A stretch of 64,000 bases of DNA from Aureliella sp. (GTDB lineage Bacteria; Planctomycetota; Planctomycetia; Pirellulales; Pirellulaceae), in contig OY829846.1 in assembly GCA_963691875.1 (NCBI GenBank), positions 288,001 through 352,000 on the forward strand. Reading direction: 5' to 3'. Position 1 is the first letter of the stretch, and every line of letters begins with the position of its first letter. Below, one piece after another: positions 42,934-53,032 of this stretch. The translations under genes were made by a program, and so were the position numbers. The notes under the pieces were generated by a model. That model made no database searches and had not been told where the DNA came from. It saw only the letters and a program-made list of their open reading frames with translations.

Positions 42934-43719
42934 CTAGCTCCCTCGCTCGCGCCGACGCATCGCTTCGCCGACTTCTTCTAGTAATGTAAGCTTACCGCCG
43001 TAAGTTTTTTGCAAGTTTGCTTCCGTGAAGACTTCCGAAGTAGGACCGCTAGCTACCAGTCGCAGGTTGAGCAAAATGAGTCGGTCAAAGTACTCGGGGA
43101 CAGAGTGTAAATCATGATGCACGACGATGATTGTCTTGCCTTGTCGTCTTAGTTCTCGCAACAATGTGATGATGGCTCGCTCGGTAGCAGCATCGACGGC
43201 TGCAAAAGGCTCATCCATAAAATATAGGTCAGCATCTTGTACCAGAGACCGGGCCAGGAAAGTCCGTTGTTGCTGACCGCCTGAGAGCTGGCTGATTTGT
43301 CGGTGCGCGAGGTGTTCAATCTCCATCTTGCGCAGTGCGTCCGTTGCGGACTGTCGCTGCCGCGTTCCCGCACGACGAAACCAACCGAGTTTGCCGTAGG
43401 TTCCCATCATGACGACGTCCAATGCCGTAGCCGGAAAGTCCCAGTCCACGGTTTCGCGTTGAGGCACATAAGCGACACGGCGACGATTGGCCGCGTAATT
43501 TTCTCCATAGACTGTGACTTCGCCGGAAATGCGCGGCACCATGCCCACGACGGCTTTAAGCAGCGTGCTCTTTCCTGCTCCATTCGGTCCAACCAGCCCG
43601 ACAAGACTGCCTGAGGGAACCTCAAGCGAGACATTCCAGAGTACAGGCTTGCGATGGTAGGCAACTGTTAGGTCGCGGATCGATAGCGGGATGGTTGCAT
43701 CGCTGCTCAAAAAGCTCAC
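42934..43719 (-). CDS. Metal ABC transporter ATP-binding protein (TroB/MntA-like)
   Basis: GPNGAGKST, YVPQR.TVDWDFP, LSGGQQQR, MDEPF, VHHDL. Confidence 0.93.
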   Translation of the reverse strand: MSFLSSDATIPLSIRDLTVAYHRKPVLWNVSLEVPSGSLVGLVGPNGAGKSTLLKAVVGMVPRISGEVTVYGENYAANRRRVAYVPQRETVDWDFPATALDVVMMGTYGKLGWFRRAGTRQRQSATDALRKMEIEHLAHRQISQLSGGQQQRTFLARSLVQDADLYFMDEPFAAVDAATERAIITLLRELRRQGKTIIVVHHDLHSVPEYFDRLILLNLRLVASGPTSEVFTEANLQKTYGGKLTLLEEVGEAMRRRERGS

Positions 43720-44813
43720 TCCTTCAGTGCCGACTGCTGCTGCGAATTCTCCGCCTCTGCCGCTGCCGGTGAGATCGCCTCGATTTGGGAATTAAAGTAG
43801 TCCTCAAAACCACCCTGGGGGACGGTGTTGCTTCCTAGAGCTTTTGCGATGGTGGTGAGATTGTGATCCATCATTCCAATGTAAGTGCCTTCGTAGGTAC
43901 CGGATTCGCCCATCGCGTCGGAATAAAGCTGTCCGCCTATCACCACTTCGTGCCCTTGCTGAGCAGCACCTTCTAGTAATGATTCGATCGACTCTTTGGA
44001 AACACTACTTTCAATAAAGACTGCGGCAACTTTTTTCTCAACTAGCATTTTTACCAGATCGTTGATGCGTTTCAGGCCCGCTTCAGATTCCGTCGAAATT
44101 CCTTGGACTGCTTGCACATCGAGTCCGTAGGCCCTTCCGAAGTAGCGAAAAGCATCGTGCGAAGTGACTAGAACTCGCTGCCCGTCCGGCACACCAGCCA
44201 TGACGACTTTTCCATATTCGTGCAGAAGCGTCAGTTTGCTCTCTAGATGCGATGCATTGTTGACGTACTCCGTTGAATGTTCAGGATCAAAAATGCACAG
44301 CTTTTCGGTAAGCGACAGCGCCGCGAGACGCCACAGATTTGCATCCATCCAAACATGCGGATCTGGATGACTATTCGAGTCGGGATCGTACTGCAACGAC
44401 GATCTGGGTAACAATTCGCCAACTGGAATGGCTGGACGCTGCGGAGAGTCCTTCAAAACCTCCGACATTTTGCCTTCAAGCATCAATCCGTTGTAGAGAA
44501 CAAGCTTGGCAGAGAGGATCGCGGCTGCGTCGTCCCGAGTTGCCGTGTAGAGGTGCGGGTCCACGCCAGGCCCCATCAGTTGCTCGATCTCGAAGTGCTC
44601 GCCGCCAACGATGCGCAGAAGATCGGCAACCATACCAACGGTCACCGTGGACTGAATTGGGAGTTCACCCTCGTATGGTTTGATCTGGATCGACGTTCTC
44701 GGCTCGTCTGGATGCCCGATGTCACTGTTGTCGCAGCCGAGCAGTGTCACGATAAGAACGCTGGTCGGCAGCAGGATCAAGAAGGAAACGCGAGTAAGGA
44801 ACTGTGTTGGCAT
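43716..44813 (-). CDS. Metal ABC transporter substrate-binding lipoprotein (TroA/ZnuA-like)
   Basis: Lipobox LLGC, GVDPHLY, NGLMLEG, DPHVW, VTSHDAFRYFG, LYSDAMG. Confidence 0.93.
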   Translation of the reverse strand: MPTQFLTRVSFLILLPTSVLIVTLLGCDNSDIGHPDEPRTSIQIKPYEGELPIQSTVTVGMVADLLRIVGGEHFEIEQLMGPGVDPHLYTATRDDAAAILSAKLVLYNGLMLEGKMSEVLKDSPQRPAIPVGELLPRSSLQYDPDSNSHPDPHVWMDANLWRLAALSLTEKLCIFDPEHSTEYVNNASHLESKLTLLHEYGKVVMAGVPDGQRVLVTSHDAFRYFGRAYGLDVQAVQGISTESEAGLKRINDLVKMLVEKKVAAVFIESSVSKESIESLLEGAAQQGHEVVIGGQLYSDAMGESGTYEGTYIGMMDHNLTTIAKALGSNTVPQGGFEDYFNSQIEAISPAAAEAENSQQQSALKE

Positions 44814-44832
44814 GAAAACCGCTTTGTAGAAG

Positions 44833-44848
44833 TTTAGCCTTGGCTACA
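44833..44848. promoter_or_regulatory. Putative DtxR/MntR-family operator of the metal ABC operon
   Basis: Palindrome TTTAGCC-TT-GGCTACA, 20-35 nt upstream of the start codon and just downstream of a minus-strand TACAAT (-10) at 44860-44865. Resembles DtxR-family TTAG...CTAA boxes. Confidence 0.55.
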
Positions 44849-45303
44849 AATTTCCCTTAATTGTAGTTGTTGAGTCGTTTTTGAGGAGTGCTAAATTCGT
44901 GGCGGTTCAACAAAGGTGGGATAAGCTAATGCAAAAACATGCTTCTCGCTGCGTTGCTGAATCCCAGCGGGATAGCTCATCGAGTGGCAAGATGAGATGC
45001 GTTCTCAATGCTTCGAAGCCCGATTCGAGATGGCCGCCTCCGAAGCCTCGCGAGCCATCTAGCTTGCCAAGATTCACAGTACCGTCAAGGTGCTTTGCTA
45101 ACAGGTCGAAAGATGGTGAATTTCAAGGCAAATTGGCGGCATGTTCGGGCGAAATGGGGCGAAGACACTTCTCAGAAGGTCGTCCTGAAACTACCTTATG
45201 TGGCTTTATCGGGCGTAACGGCGTTTCGTTGCTGGCTGTGGTAGTGAATTGATCACTCTGGCCAGATGCCTAACTTCCTCGACTTTATTCTCTTTAGAGT
45301 TTC

Positions 45304-46503
45304 ATGAGCAAAAGTTTCATCTTCTCGTCCGAGTCGGTCACCGAAGGACACCCAGACAAGACCTGTGACACGATCTCAGATGCCGTCCTGGACGCATGCT
45401 TGGCCCAAGACCCCCATTCTCGTGTCGCTTGCGAGACGATGGTGAAGGATAACGCGGTCATTTTGGGCGGTGAGATCACAACTGCTGCTGATTTTGACTA
45501 CCAAGAAGTTGTCAAAAATGCTCTTGTTGAGATCAACTACGATTCGAAGTACGCCGAGGGCACTGACTATAGCTATACCTGTAAGTTTGACGCCCAAAAC
45601 TTCTTCTTTTCAAATTTCCTTGGTCAGCAATCGCCAGACATTGCACAAGGTGTCGATGCGGCAGCTGCTGCGGACAAAGAAACTGCTGAGCAAGGAGCTG
45701 GCGACCAAGGCATCATGTTTGGCTACGCCTGTGACGACACTCCTGAACTGATGCCGGCACCCGTTGCTTACTCGCACAAACTGGGCGAGGCGATCACGGA
45801 GCTGCGCAAGAGTCGCAAGCACACTTGGTTGCGTCCTGACTCGAAGACGCAGGTCTCCGTCGAATATGTCGATGGCAGGGCTTCGCGAATCACTGCAGTC
45901 GTCGTTTCCACCATGCACGCTGCCGAAATAACAACTCAAGAGATTCGTGATATCCTTAAGAAGGATCTGATCGAACAAGTCCTTCCGGCCGATTTGCTGA
46001 CCGATGACACCAAGTATCATATCAATCCAACTGGCCTCTTCATCATCGGTGGACCAGAAGGTGACTGTGGTCTGACAGGCCGCAAGATCATCGTCGACAC
46101 CTACGGCGGAATGGGACGTCATGGTGGTGGTGCTTTCTCTGGCAAGGACCCCTCCAAGGTCGATCGCTCGGCTGCATACATGTGTCGCTGGGTAGCCAAG
46201 AATATCGTGGCGGCTGGTCTCGCTTCTCGTTGCGAACTCCAAACGGCCTATGCGATTGGCTTTCCAGATCCCGTTTCGCTGACCGTCGATACCTTCGGTA
46301 CCAACACCGTTGACGAAGCGAAGATCGAGAAGGCTGTTCAAGAAGTCTTCTCCTTCAAGCCGGCTGACATCGTAAGCCAGCTTGATCTGTTACGTCCGAT
46401 TTACGGAAAGTCCACCAATTACGGTCACTTCGGTCGCGAGATTCCTGAGTTGACTTGGGAAGCCACCAACAAGGTTGAAGACCTCAAGTCGGCCGTTAGA
46501 TAG
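45304..46503 (+). CDS. metK: S-adenosylmethionine synthetase
   Basis: [66 protein letters not shown]. Confidence 0.98.
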   Translation: MSKSFIFSSESVTEGHPDKTCDTISDAVLDACLAQDPHSRVACETMVKDNAVILGGEITTAADFDYQEVVKNALVEINYDSKYAEGTDYSYTCKFDAQNFFFSNFLGQQSPDIAQGVDAAAAADKETAEQGAGDQGIMFGYACDDTPELMPAPVAYSHKLGEAITELRKSRKHTWLRPDSKTQVSVEYVDGRASRITAVVVSTMHAAEITTQEIRDILKKDLIEQVLPADLLTDDTKYHINPTGLFIIGGPEGDCGLTGRKIIVDTYGGMGRHGGGAFSGKDPSKVDRSAAYMCRWVAKNIVAAGLASRCELQTAYAIGFPDPVSLTVDTFGTNTVDEAKIEKAVQEVFSFKPADIVSQLDLLRPIYGKSTNYGHFGREIPELTWEATNKVEDLKSAVR

Positions 46504-46532
46504 TTGATTGACGAATAACTCGAAACAATTCT

Positions 46533-46569
46533 CGCCCGCGTCTTTTAGAAACGCGGGCGTTTTCGTTTC
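46533..46569 (+). terminator. Intrinsic terminator after metK
   Basis: cgcccgcgt/acgcgggcg stem followed by ttttcgttt. Confidence 0.8.
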
Positions 46570-46679
46570 TGCAAAGAATCAGTACTTTTGCAGGGTTTTG
46601 TCTCTCACTTTCGCAAGCATCCTGTTATGATGCCACACTGACTTTCCCAAGAGCAAATTCATCCCGCCTTCCTGCTCCT

Positions 46680-46991
46680 ATGCCTCCACAGATCACTCTG
46701 GTTCTCGCCCTATTTGTTGCTTTCGTACTCTACTTAGCATGGAAAAGCTCCCCTACTGGCCGGCAAGTCACGATATTGTTTAAGCCCAACGACGATTTGG
46801 CCGTTTCGGGTATTCCCCGCGCCAAGCAATGGCGTGTCAAAGAGTTCTTCCAACAAGACATTCGTTTGACGGAGCCCGTGAAAGTTCAGGCCACTAAGAC
46901 TCAGGAAGGCCGTCTCCACCTCCGCGTTCACGGCGACATCTCCCCCGGGCTAAAACAACGCCTCCGGAATTTCTTGTACGACTTGCTTTAG
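46680..46991 (+). CDS. Small membrane-anchored protein, DUF3634-like
   Basis: N-terminal TM helix. C-terminal GRLHLRVHGDISPGLKQRLRNF matches the remembered DUF3634 'QRLRN' end. Confidence 0.6.
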   Translation: MPPQITLVLALFVAFVLYLAWKSSPTGRQVTILFKPNDDLAVSGIPRAKQWRVKEFFQQDIRLTEPVKVQATKTQEGRLHLRVHGDISPGLKQRLRNFLYDLL

Positions 46992-47357
46992 ATCGTAAGT
47001 TTGCAATTCTCTAAGCTCCGCTTTCGCTCGGCGGTTGTGCTGCTTAGCAGTTTGAGACATTGCGGTGCTTAACTCACGCTCCCTTTCACGCAGCGTTTTT
47101 GAGGGAGAGTCAAACTATCCGGCCTGGAGAAGGTTCTGTCAGCTGGGAATTATCGCGCCATTGCTGGTGCTTCGAATCTTCTAGAGTTCCAAGCTGAACT
47201 CGAATAGGGAGGCTAGCTTTGCTCCGTCGCTTCCCGTTTCACTCGCCTAAACCGTGTTAAGACACTGAGGCCCACAAGGGAGTTCGTTGATGCTGCGCCA
47301 ACGACCTTTCCGATGGGGCGGCGGCTCGGGGAAGCTCGTCTTGTCGTTTGCGGATGG

Positions 47358-47390
47358 AAAAGAAAAGCAGGCCGATTGCTCGACCTGCTT
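47358..47390 (-). terminator. Intrinsic terminator of the PQQ-like propeller gene
   Basis: Minus strand aagcaggtcga-GCAA-tcggcctgctt followed by ttctttt (GNRA loop). Confidence 0.7.
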
Positions 47391-47432
47391 CGTGGGTTTT
47401 TTTGAATTGAGCAGTATTCGTTGCGTTTGAAG

Positions 47433-48713
47433 CTACTTCAGATCGTAAACCAGGATCGAGTCATTTTCTCGTAAGTACAGTTTGCCGTCTGAGATGACTG
47501 GGTGGGCCCAGCTTGGTTGGTCTTTTTCGCCAGATCCAGGTGTCTTGAATGTGCTGATCTCGGTGTAGCCTTCCGTACTTGCCTTAGCCATCGCGACGGT
47601 TCCATCTTGATAGCGAACGTATAGATTTCCATCCGCAGAGATGACTGAGGCTGAGCGTTGCCCAGCCCCACGCTCCTCCCATAGAACGTTGCCCGTTGCC
47701 ATCTCAGCGCAGTAGACGACGTTCTTGTCTTCACGGCCACCATAGATGTGTCCGTCCAGCAAAATAACACCGCCGTGCTTGTTACCGAGGCTCGTATTTG
47801 GCCCGTAGATCTCTTGAACGGAAACACTCCCTGAAGCTGTCAATTCTTGCTTCACCAGAGCCGCGCCCAAGCCGTAGCCAGCAACACTGAACACGTAGTC
47901 GCCACTGATAATTGGAGTGGGAATAAATGCGGTCGGGGGCTTCATGTCATAATCCCAGAGAAGCTTTCCAGTGCTGGGATCAATTCCCATCGGGCCCATG
48001 CCTGTGTTCTGTACATAGACTTTCTTGCCGCCTACGTTTGAGATCACCACGCATGAGTGGCCAGCGCCAACATCGTCAGGTCGAACACAGGTCCAAACGG
48101 TCTCGCCCGTTCTTTTGTTCAAAGCAACCACAGTCGACTTTGGGCCACCTGGTGTGCAGATCAGCAGATCGCCGTCGATGAGTGGCGATTCGCTGTAGCC
48201 CCAACTGTCCTTCTTCTTGCCGCCGAAGTCCTCTTTAAAGTCCTTTTGCCACTGGACGGATCCGTCTGATGTCTTTGCACAAAAGAGTTTTCCGAATGGA
48301 CTGACAACGTAAACCATGTCTCCATCCACGGTGGGTGTAGCGCGAGAACCGTTCCAGGATTTCTGCCGGTGCTTGTCCCAGGGTGACCCTGTCTTCAATG
48401 TCCAAATTTGCTTACCGCTCGAGAGGTCAAAACAGCTTAGATACTCTTCTTGGTCTTGCTTGGTGCTAAGTCCGTTGCCGAGCGTGTACATCCGCCCGTC
48501 GGCAATAGCGGGACTCGCGTAACCCAGGCCTGCTCCTTTTGCCTCGAGCAACAACTTCGGGCCATCACTGGGCCAGGAGTCAGCCAGTCCAGTTTCGTTA
48601 GAAACCGCCGTGCGATCGGCACCTCGGAAAGTAGGCCAGTCTGCCGAGAAACAACGATCACCGAATATCGTGATCAAGGACAGAAGTAATAGAAGCGATT
48701 TTCGATTGTTCAT
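47433..48713 (-). CDS. PQQ-binding-like beta-propeller repeat protein (planctomycete type)
   Basis: Signal peptide, ADWPTFRG.DR, repeated SP.I.DG / G..W propeller motifs, C-terminal WAHPVISDGKLYLR. Confidence 0.9.
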   Translation of the reverse strand: MNNRKSLLLLLSLITIFGDRCFSADWPTFRGADRTAVSNETGLADSWPSDGPKLLLEAKGAGLGYASPAIADGRMYTLGNGLSTKQDQEEYLSCFDLSSGKQIWTLKTGSPWDKHRQKSWNGSRATPTVDGDMVYVVSPFGKLFCAKTSDGSVQWQKDFKEDFGGKKKDSWGYSESPLIDGDLLICTPGGPKSTVVALNKRTGETVWTCVRPDDVGAGHSCVVISNVGGKKVYVQNTGMGPMGIDPSTGKLLWDYDMKPPTAFIPTPIISGDYVFSVAGYGLGAALVKQELTASGSVSVQEIYGPNTSLGNKHGGVILLDGHIYGGREDKNVVYCAEMATGNVLWEERGAGQRSASVISADGNLYVRYQDGTVAMAKASTEGYTEISTFKTPGSGEKDQPSWAHPVISDGKLYLRENDSILVYDLK

Positions 48714-48995
48714 AGAACTTTACTTGTTAATTCAGGCATAAGAAATCGAAGATATTCGTGCCGCGTAGACCAATTGCGATCGATTGACGCAACGCGGTTT
48801 CTGCGGGTTCATTCTGCGCGAAATGGAAGCACGATGCGACGGGGGATCTAACCGTCTTTCAAGAAACTTGGAAAATTGCGAACTGACATCAATTGGGCTA
48901 CGATATTGGCCTTTGCTCACAGGCCTCATCGCTGTTCGCATCTTGGCGATCGATGCTTTGTCACTCATCATAAATCACTTCTCGGAAGTTCGAAC

Positions 48996-50024
48996 ATGAG
49001 ACGTCTACAATCTTTCCTGTTCTTCAGTTTCCTTCTGTTCGCCGAAGGCAACCTACAGGCTCAGTCGCCTGCGGGAACCTGGAAATGGTCCACCGATATG
49101 CAGGGCCAGACTATCAACAGCGTTTTGCACCTAGAGGTCGATGGAGAGAAAGTAACCGGAACTTACTCCGACCAGAACATCGAAGAGAAAATCGAAGACG
49201 GGGCGCTCAAGGATGGCAAAGTTAGCTTTAACATGATTACCGAAGTGAACGGGACGGACATTTACGTTGAATGGGAAGGGCAAGTCGGAAAGGACGCCAT
49301 CGAAGGCACCGTCGCCTTGGAAGCCGGCGGACAAAAGATGGACGGAGTCGAATGGAAAGCGAAGAGATATATCGGGACGTCTGAAGTAGCAGGGACTTGG
49401 AATTTTGTTTTCACGGCAGCTGATGGCAACGAGTACAAGCCTGTGCTGACGGTGGTCGAAAAGAGCGGCAAGCTCTCGGCAAAATTCGTCGGCGATGACG
49501 ATGAGGAAGTCAAAGTCGAGAACTTGAAACTTGTCGACAATACTCTGACATTTGATCTCACACTCGATTACAACGGCAGCGAATTGGATTTGACCTACAA
49601 TTGCAAGCCACGTGGAAACGAAATCACGGGAACGATCGATTTCAGTGTGGGTGGAAACACAGGGGATTTCGAAATTAAGGCATCGCGCAAGGTGCTCGCT
49701 AAATCCCTTGTGCCACTTCTCGGTAGTTGGGACTTCACAATGGTCACGCCTGATGGAGTGACCGTGACGCCTGTGATGACACTTTCGGATAACGCTGGTG
49801 AGCTAGCAGTCAAGCTGGTAAATGATGGTGAGTCTTACGAGCTTGAGAACGTTTCCGTGAAAGATGGCGAACTGTCTTTCGAATTTACAACCGATCACGA
49901 CGGAAACGAGATCGACCTCACCTGGAAGAGCAAGTTGGCGGGCAAAGATGCAATGAAAGGTACTGTAGAGTTTGATATTGGCGGCGAGTCAGGAGTGATT
50001 GTGTCGAGCGGCAAGCGTCAGTAA
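48996..50024 (+). CDS. Secreted hypothetical protein with three tandem ~100-aa beta-rich repeats
   Basis: Signal peptide (…NLQA|Q). Repeats begin AGTWKW / AGTWNF / LGSWDF and end GTVAL.AGG / GTIDF.VGG / GTVEF.IGG. ATG at 48996. Confidence 0.8.
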   Translation: MRRLQSFLFFSFLLFAEGNLQAQSPAGTWKWSTDMQGQTINSVLHLEVDGEKVTGTYSDQNIEEKIEDGALKDGKVSFNMITEVNGTDIYVEWEGQVGKDAIEGTVALEAGGQKMDGVEWKAKRYIGTSEVAGTWNFVFTAADGNEYKPVLTVVEKSGKLSAKFVGDDDEEVKVENLKLVDNTLTFDLTLDYNGSELDLTYNCKPRGNEITGTIDFSVGGNTGDFEIKASRKVLAKSLVPLLGSWDFTMVTPDGVTVTPVMTLSDNAGELAVKLVNDGESYELENVSVKDGELSFEFTTDHDGNEIDLTWKSKLAGKDAMKGTVEFDIGGESGVIVSSGKRQ

Positions 50025-50156
50025 TTCGGCAGCGGGATTGGCAGAATGTATCTAAATTGCTCCATTTTAGCCGTCCCGTATTTGCGTCTGCTCTTTAAAC
50101 TGCTTCATGCGTGACTGTACCTGCAGTCACGCAATTTTCTTTCAGGCATTCAGCCC

Positions 50157-51242
50157 ATGTTTGCACGCTTCGTATTTACAGCCATTGTCAGCTTCACATT
50201 CGCTCCCTCCGCTATTTTTGCCCAAGCTGAGAATGTGATCTTGATAACTCTAGATGGACTGCGGCCCGAGGAGGTTTTCGGTGGTGCGGATGAGCGTTTG
50301 ATGTTGCCGAATCTTGGCGTGAAGGACAAGAACGCTTGTATCGCAGAGTATGGTGGAGAGACGGGGGAAGTTTGCAGGCGTAAGTTGTTGCCTTTTCTCT
50401 GGAGTCGCGTCGAGAAAGGCAAAGCTTGGATTGCTGGTGATGTTCAACTTGATAGCGAATGCTTGGTTACCAACGGAAAGTATTTTTCCTATCCCGGATA
50501 CAGTGAACTGCTCTGTGGTTTCGCCGACGATCGCATCAACTCCAACGCGAAGAAGAACAATGAGAACAGGACAGTCCTTGAGTTTTTAAACGATCAACCA
50601 GAGCTGATTGGTTCAGTGAATGCATTCTGCTCTTGGGATGTCTTTCCTTACATCATCAACCAAGGTCGAAGCGGCATCGTCGTTAACGCAGGCTGGATGC
50701 CGCTAACCGTTGGCGATCCGAACCGATTAGATGTACTTAACAACGCGGCTGACAACTTGTTTCATGAATGGGAAGGAGTACGCTACGACGTTTTTACGGC
50801 CTCTGGAGCAATGGAGTGCATGAGATCGGACTCGCCTCGAGTGCTGTATGTCTCGCTTGGTGAAACAGACGACTGGGCACACGCTGGCCGCTATGACCGA
50901 TACTTGCTCACCGCAAGGCAAAACGACAATTTGATCAAGCAGATTTGGTTACAGGCTCAAAGTCTGAAGCAGTATCGCGACAAGACCGCTTTCGTCATCA
51001 CGACTGATCACGGCCGAGGCGATGGTCGTGAGGGCTGGAAGGATCATGGCAAACATCTACCTGGCTCTGAATACATTTGGATCGCAGCCTTTGGAGCTGG
51101 CGTCTCGAAATCTGGCATCGATAAAGGCGGGGAATTCAAGCAGTCGCAGATCGCCGCTACGCTTGCTAAGCTTATAGGCTATGACTTTCACGAAGCCGAC
51201 GACAAGGTTGCAAAACCCCTGCCGATCTGTGAAGCGGATTGA
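50157..51242 (+). CDS. Secreted alkaline-phosphatase-superfamily metalloenzyme
   Basis: NVILITLDGLR, FSYPGY, GETDDWAHAG, ITTDHGRG and W.DHG motifs. Confidence 0.85.
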   Translation: MFARFVFTAIVSFTFAPSAIFAQAENVILITLDGLRPEEVFGGADERLMLPNLGVKDKNACIAEYGGETGEVCRRKLLPFLWSRVEKGKAWIAGDVQLDSECLVTNGKYFSYPGYSELLCGFADDRINSNAKKNNENRTVLEFLNDQPELIGSVNAFCSWDVFPYIINQGRSGIVVNAGWMPLTVGDPNRLDVLNNAADNLFHEWEGVRYDVFTASGAMECMRSDSPRVLYVSLGETDDWAHAGRYDRYLLTARQNDNLIKQIWLQAQSLKQYRDKTAFVITTDHGRGDGREGWKDHGKHLPGSEYIWIAAFGAGVSKSGIDKGGEFKQSQIAATLAKLIGYDFHEADDKVAKPLPICEAD

Positions 51243-51425
51243 TTCTGCCTGAATTTAGACTTGTTCTCAGGCTCGGAGCGGAGTCTCTGGAAAAGTAGCG
51301 GTGATCCTTTCTCCTGATTGCGATTGAAGAGACGCGGCAGTTCGCATCCCAGCTTCGAATCTTCCTTTCCGCCAAGCACGTTCTGACAAGATGTCTGGTA
51401 CGGCTTCGGAGAAGACTTCGGTGTT

Positions 51426-52154
51426 TTAACTGCCGTCGCTCTTGCTTGAGATTGCTTCCGCCACTCGGGGCGAAACACTTCGATCGAGTGCATCAGGAAG
51501 GATCCGTTCGGCTGTGGGTTTGGAAACGCAGCGAGCTAAGGCTCGGGCGGCTGCCAATTTCATCTCTTCTGTGATTCTCGAAATCCCGGCGTCGAGTGCC
51601 CCACGGAAAATGCCGGGAAAAGTAAGCACATTGTTGACTTGGTTGGGGAAGTCGCTGTGCCCCGTCCAGATGATAGCCGCGCCTCCGCTAAATGCCTCAT
51701 CAGGCATAATCTCCGGAATCGGGTTCGCCATCGCAAGGATAGTGGGACCCTCGGACATCATCCGCACATCGCCAGCATTGATGAGATTTCCCTTGCTAAC
51801 ACCAATGAATAGGTAGGCGTCCAGGAGTGCTTCATTCAGGCCTCCAGCTCGATTGTTGCGATTGGTGTAGGAAAGAAGTTCTTGCTTGTACTCGGCCAAG
51901 GCCGTCCGATCACGATGAAGTTTCCCAATCCTAAAACTGCGGATCCATCACTCACGACTGCTACTGAGTTTCCCTTCATTGTCAGCTCTTGAACGCGCGG
52001 TTTTCCCTTGAATGACTTCGCAGGGCCTTGCCACACCAGGCGTATAAGCGAGTGAGAGGTCATCACGACTATTCACTGGCACTTTGCGGTAGAGAGCGAT
52101 CTTGCCACGGAGTTGTTCGTGGACAATCAGGCTGCGTTCAAAGAAATCAGACAT
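51426..52154 (-). pseudogene. NAD(P)-dependent malic enzyme pseudogene (frameshift plus large internal deletion)
   Basis: Three frames: DDLSLAYTPGVARPC | KGNSVAVVSDGSAVLGLGN | HRDRT..FIGVS..LAMANPIPEIMP..SDFPNQVNNVL.FPGIFRGALD. The central VMEGK, HDDQHGT and GAGAAG motifs are missing at a junction near 51920. Confidence 0.88.
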
Positions 52155-52710
52155 CGTTCATGGTTCTGTGATTGGAGAGTAGCATGGGGCTATTCTTACC
52201 GTTTTCCACTGGGAATGCTCTCTGCGGAAAGCCTTTCGGCATTGATTGTTGCTGAGAAAGACATGACCGTGATTGGAATTCAGAGTTGCTCTGTCAACGG
52301 TGTGCGTCGCCCAGATCCCACCATTTCTCATGCCAAAGAACTTTGGCGTCAGGACGCCGCTGTCGGCTTGCCTCGATAATGTCGTTTCGCAAGCCGTATC
52401 CTTGGTATCTGTCTTGACGGGCCAGCTAAGCGCCTAGACGCCCGAACCCCCCACCAATCCAGCTACCAATTAGCAGATGCGATATCCGGGCTAGGGTTGG
52501 TCTGAACCATAAAAACACTAGCCCGCAGCTAGCGTCGTTTGCCGTCACATTAAAGCTCTATACCGCCCAGCCGAGCGGAAATTGCGGCGGTAGCAGAATC
52601 AACGCTATATTATCGCTCAAGTTTGAGCATTTGTAGAACTGGTGAACATTGTTCTAAGCTGGCAGCTTGGTATGCCGAGGCGTGAGTTTTTAATTGGCAT
52701 TACTTGAAGC

Positions 52711-52727
52711 CTGGAACTAGTTTTGCA
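52711..52727 (+). promoter_or_regulatory. Putative sigma-54 (-24/-12) promoter
   Basis: CTGGAACTAGTTTTGCA gives GG-N10-GC, one mismatch from TGGCAC-N5-TTGCA. Palindromes at 52634-52656 and 52616-52628 could be activator sites. Confidence 0.5.
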
Positions 52728-53032
52728 CTTCGGGAGAGTCGCAACGGGCAACCACGCTTCGTGGGGCGGCGAGCAGAGGCAGGCGGATTCAGCCCTCCCC
52801 TGCGGCGTTACTTCCGACCCTACCGCTTGCGAGGTTAAGTTTGGAAGATCGCGACTTCATAACGCGTGAGCGAGTTGCAGCGAAAAACCTATTGCGTACG
52901 CCTCGGGTTACCCTCACCATTAGTTTACGCAATGTGAATGTCTGATTCGCCCTGGGTGAGTCGGTGAAACAAGTGCTTAGAACGCAATCGGATAATCGTT
53001 GCCCCATTCAATAATGAAGGATTGCCGTAGTA

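Noticed and set aside
44870..45303. SAM riboswitch upstream of metK
   Set aside because: No SAM-I (ATC..GAG...GAT core) or SAM-II/V consensus was recognisable by eye. A cmscan would be needed to exclude it fully.
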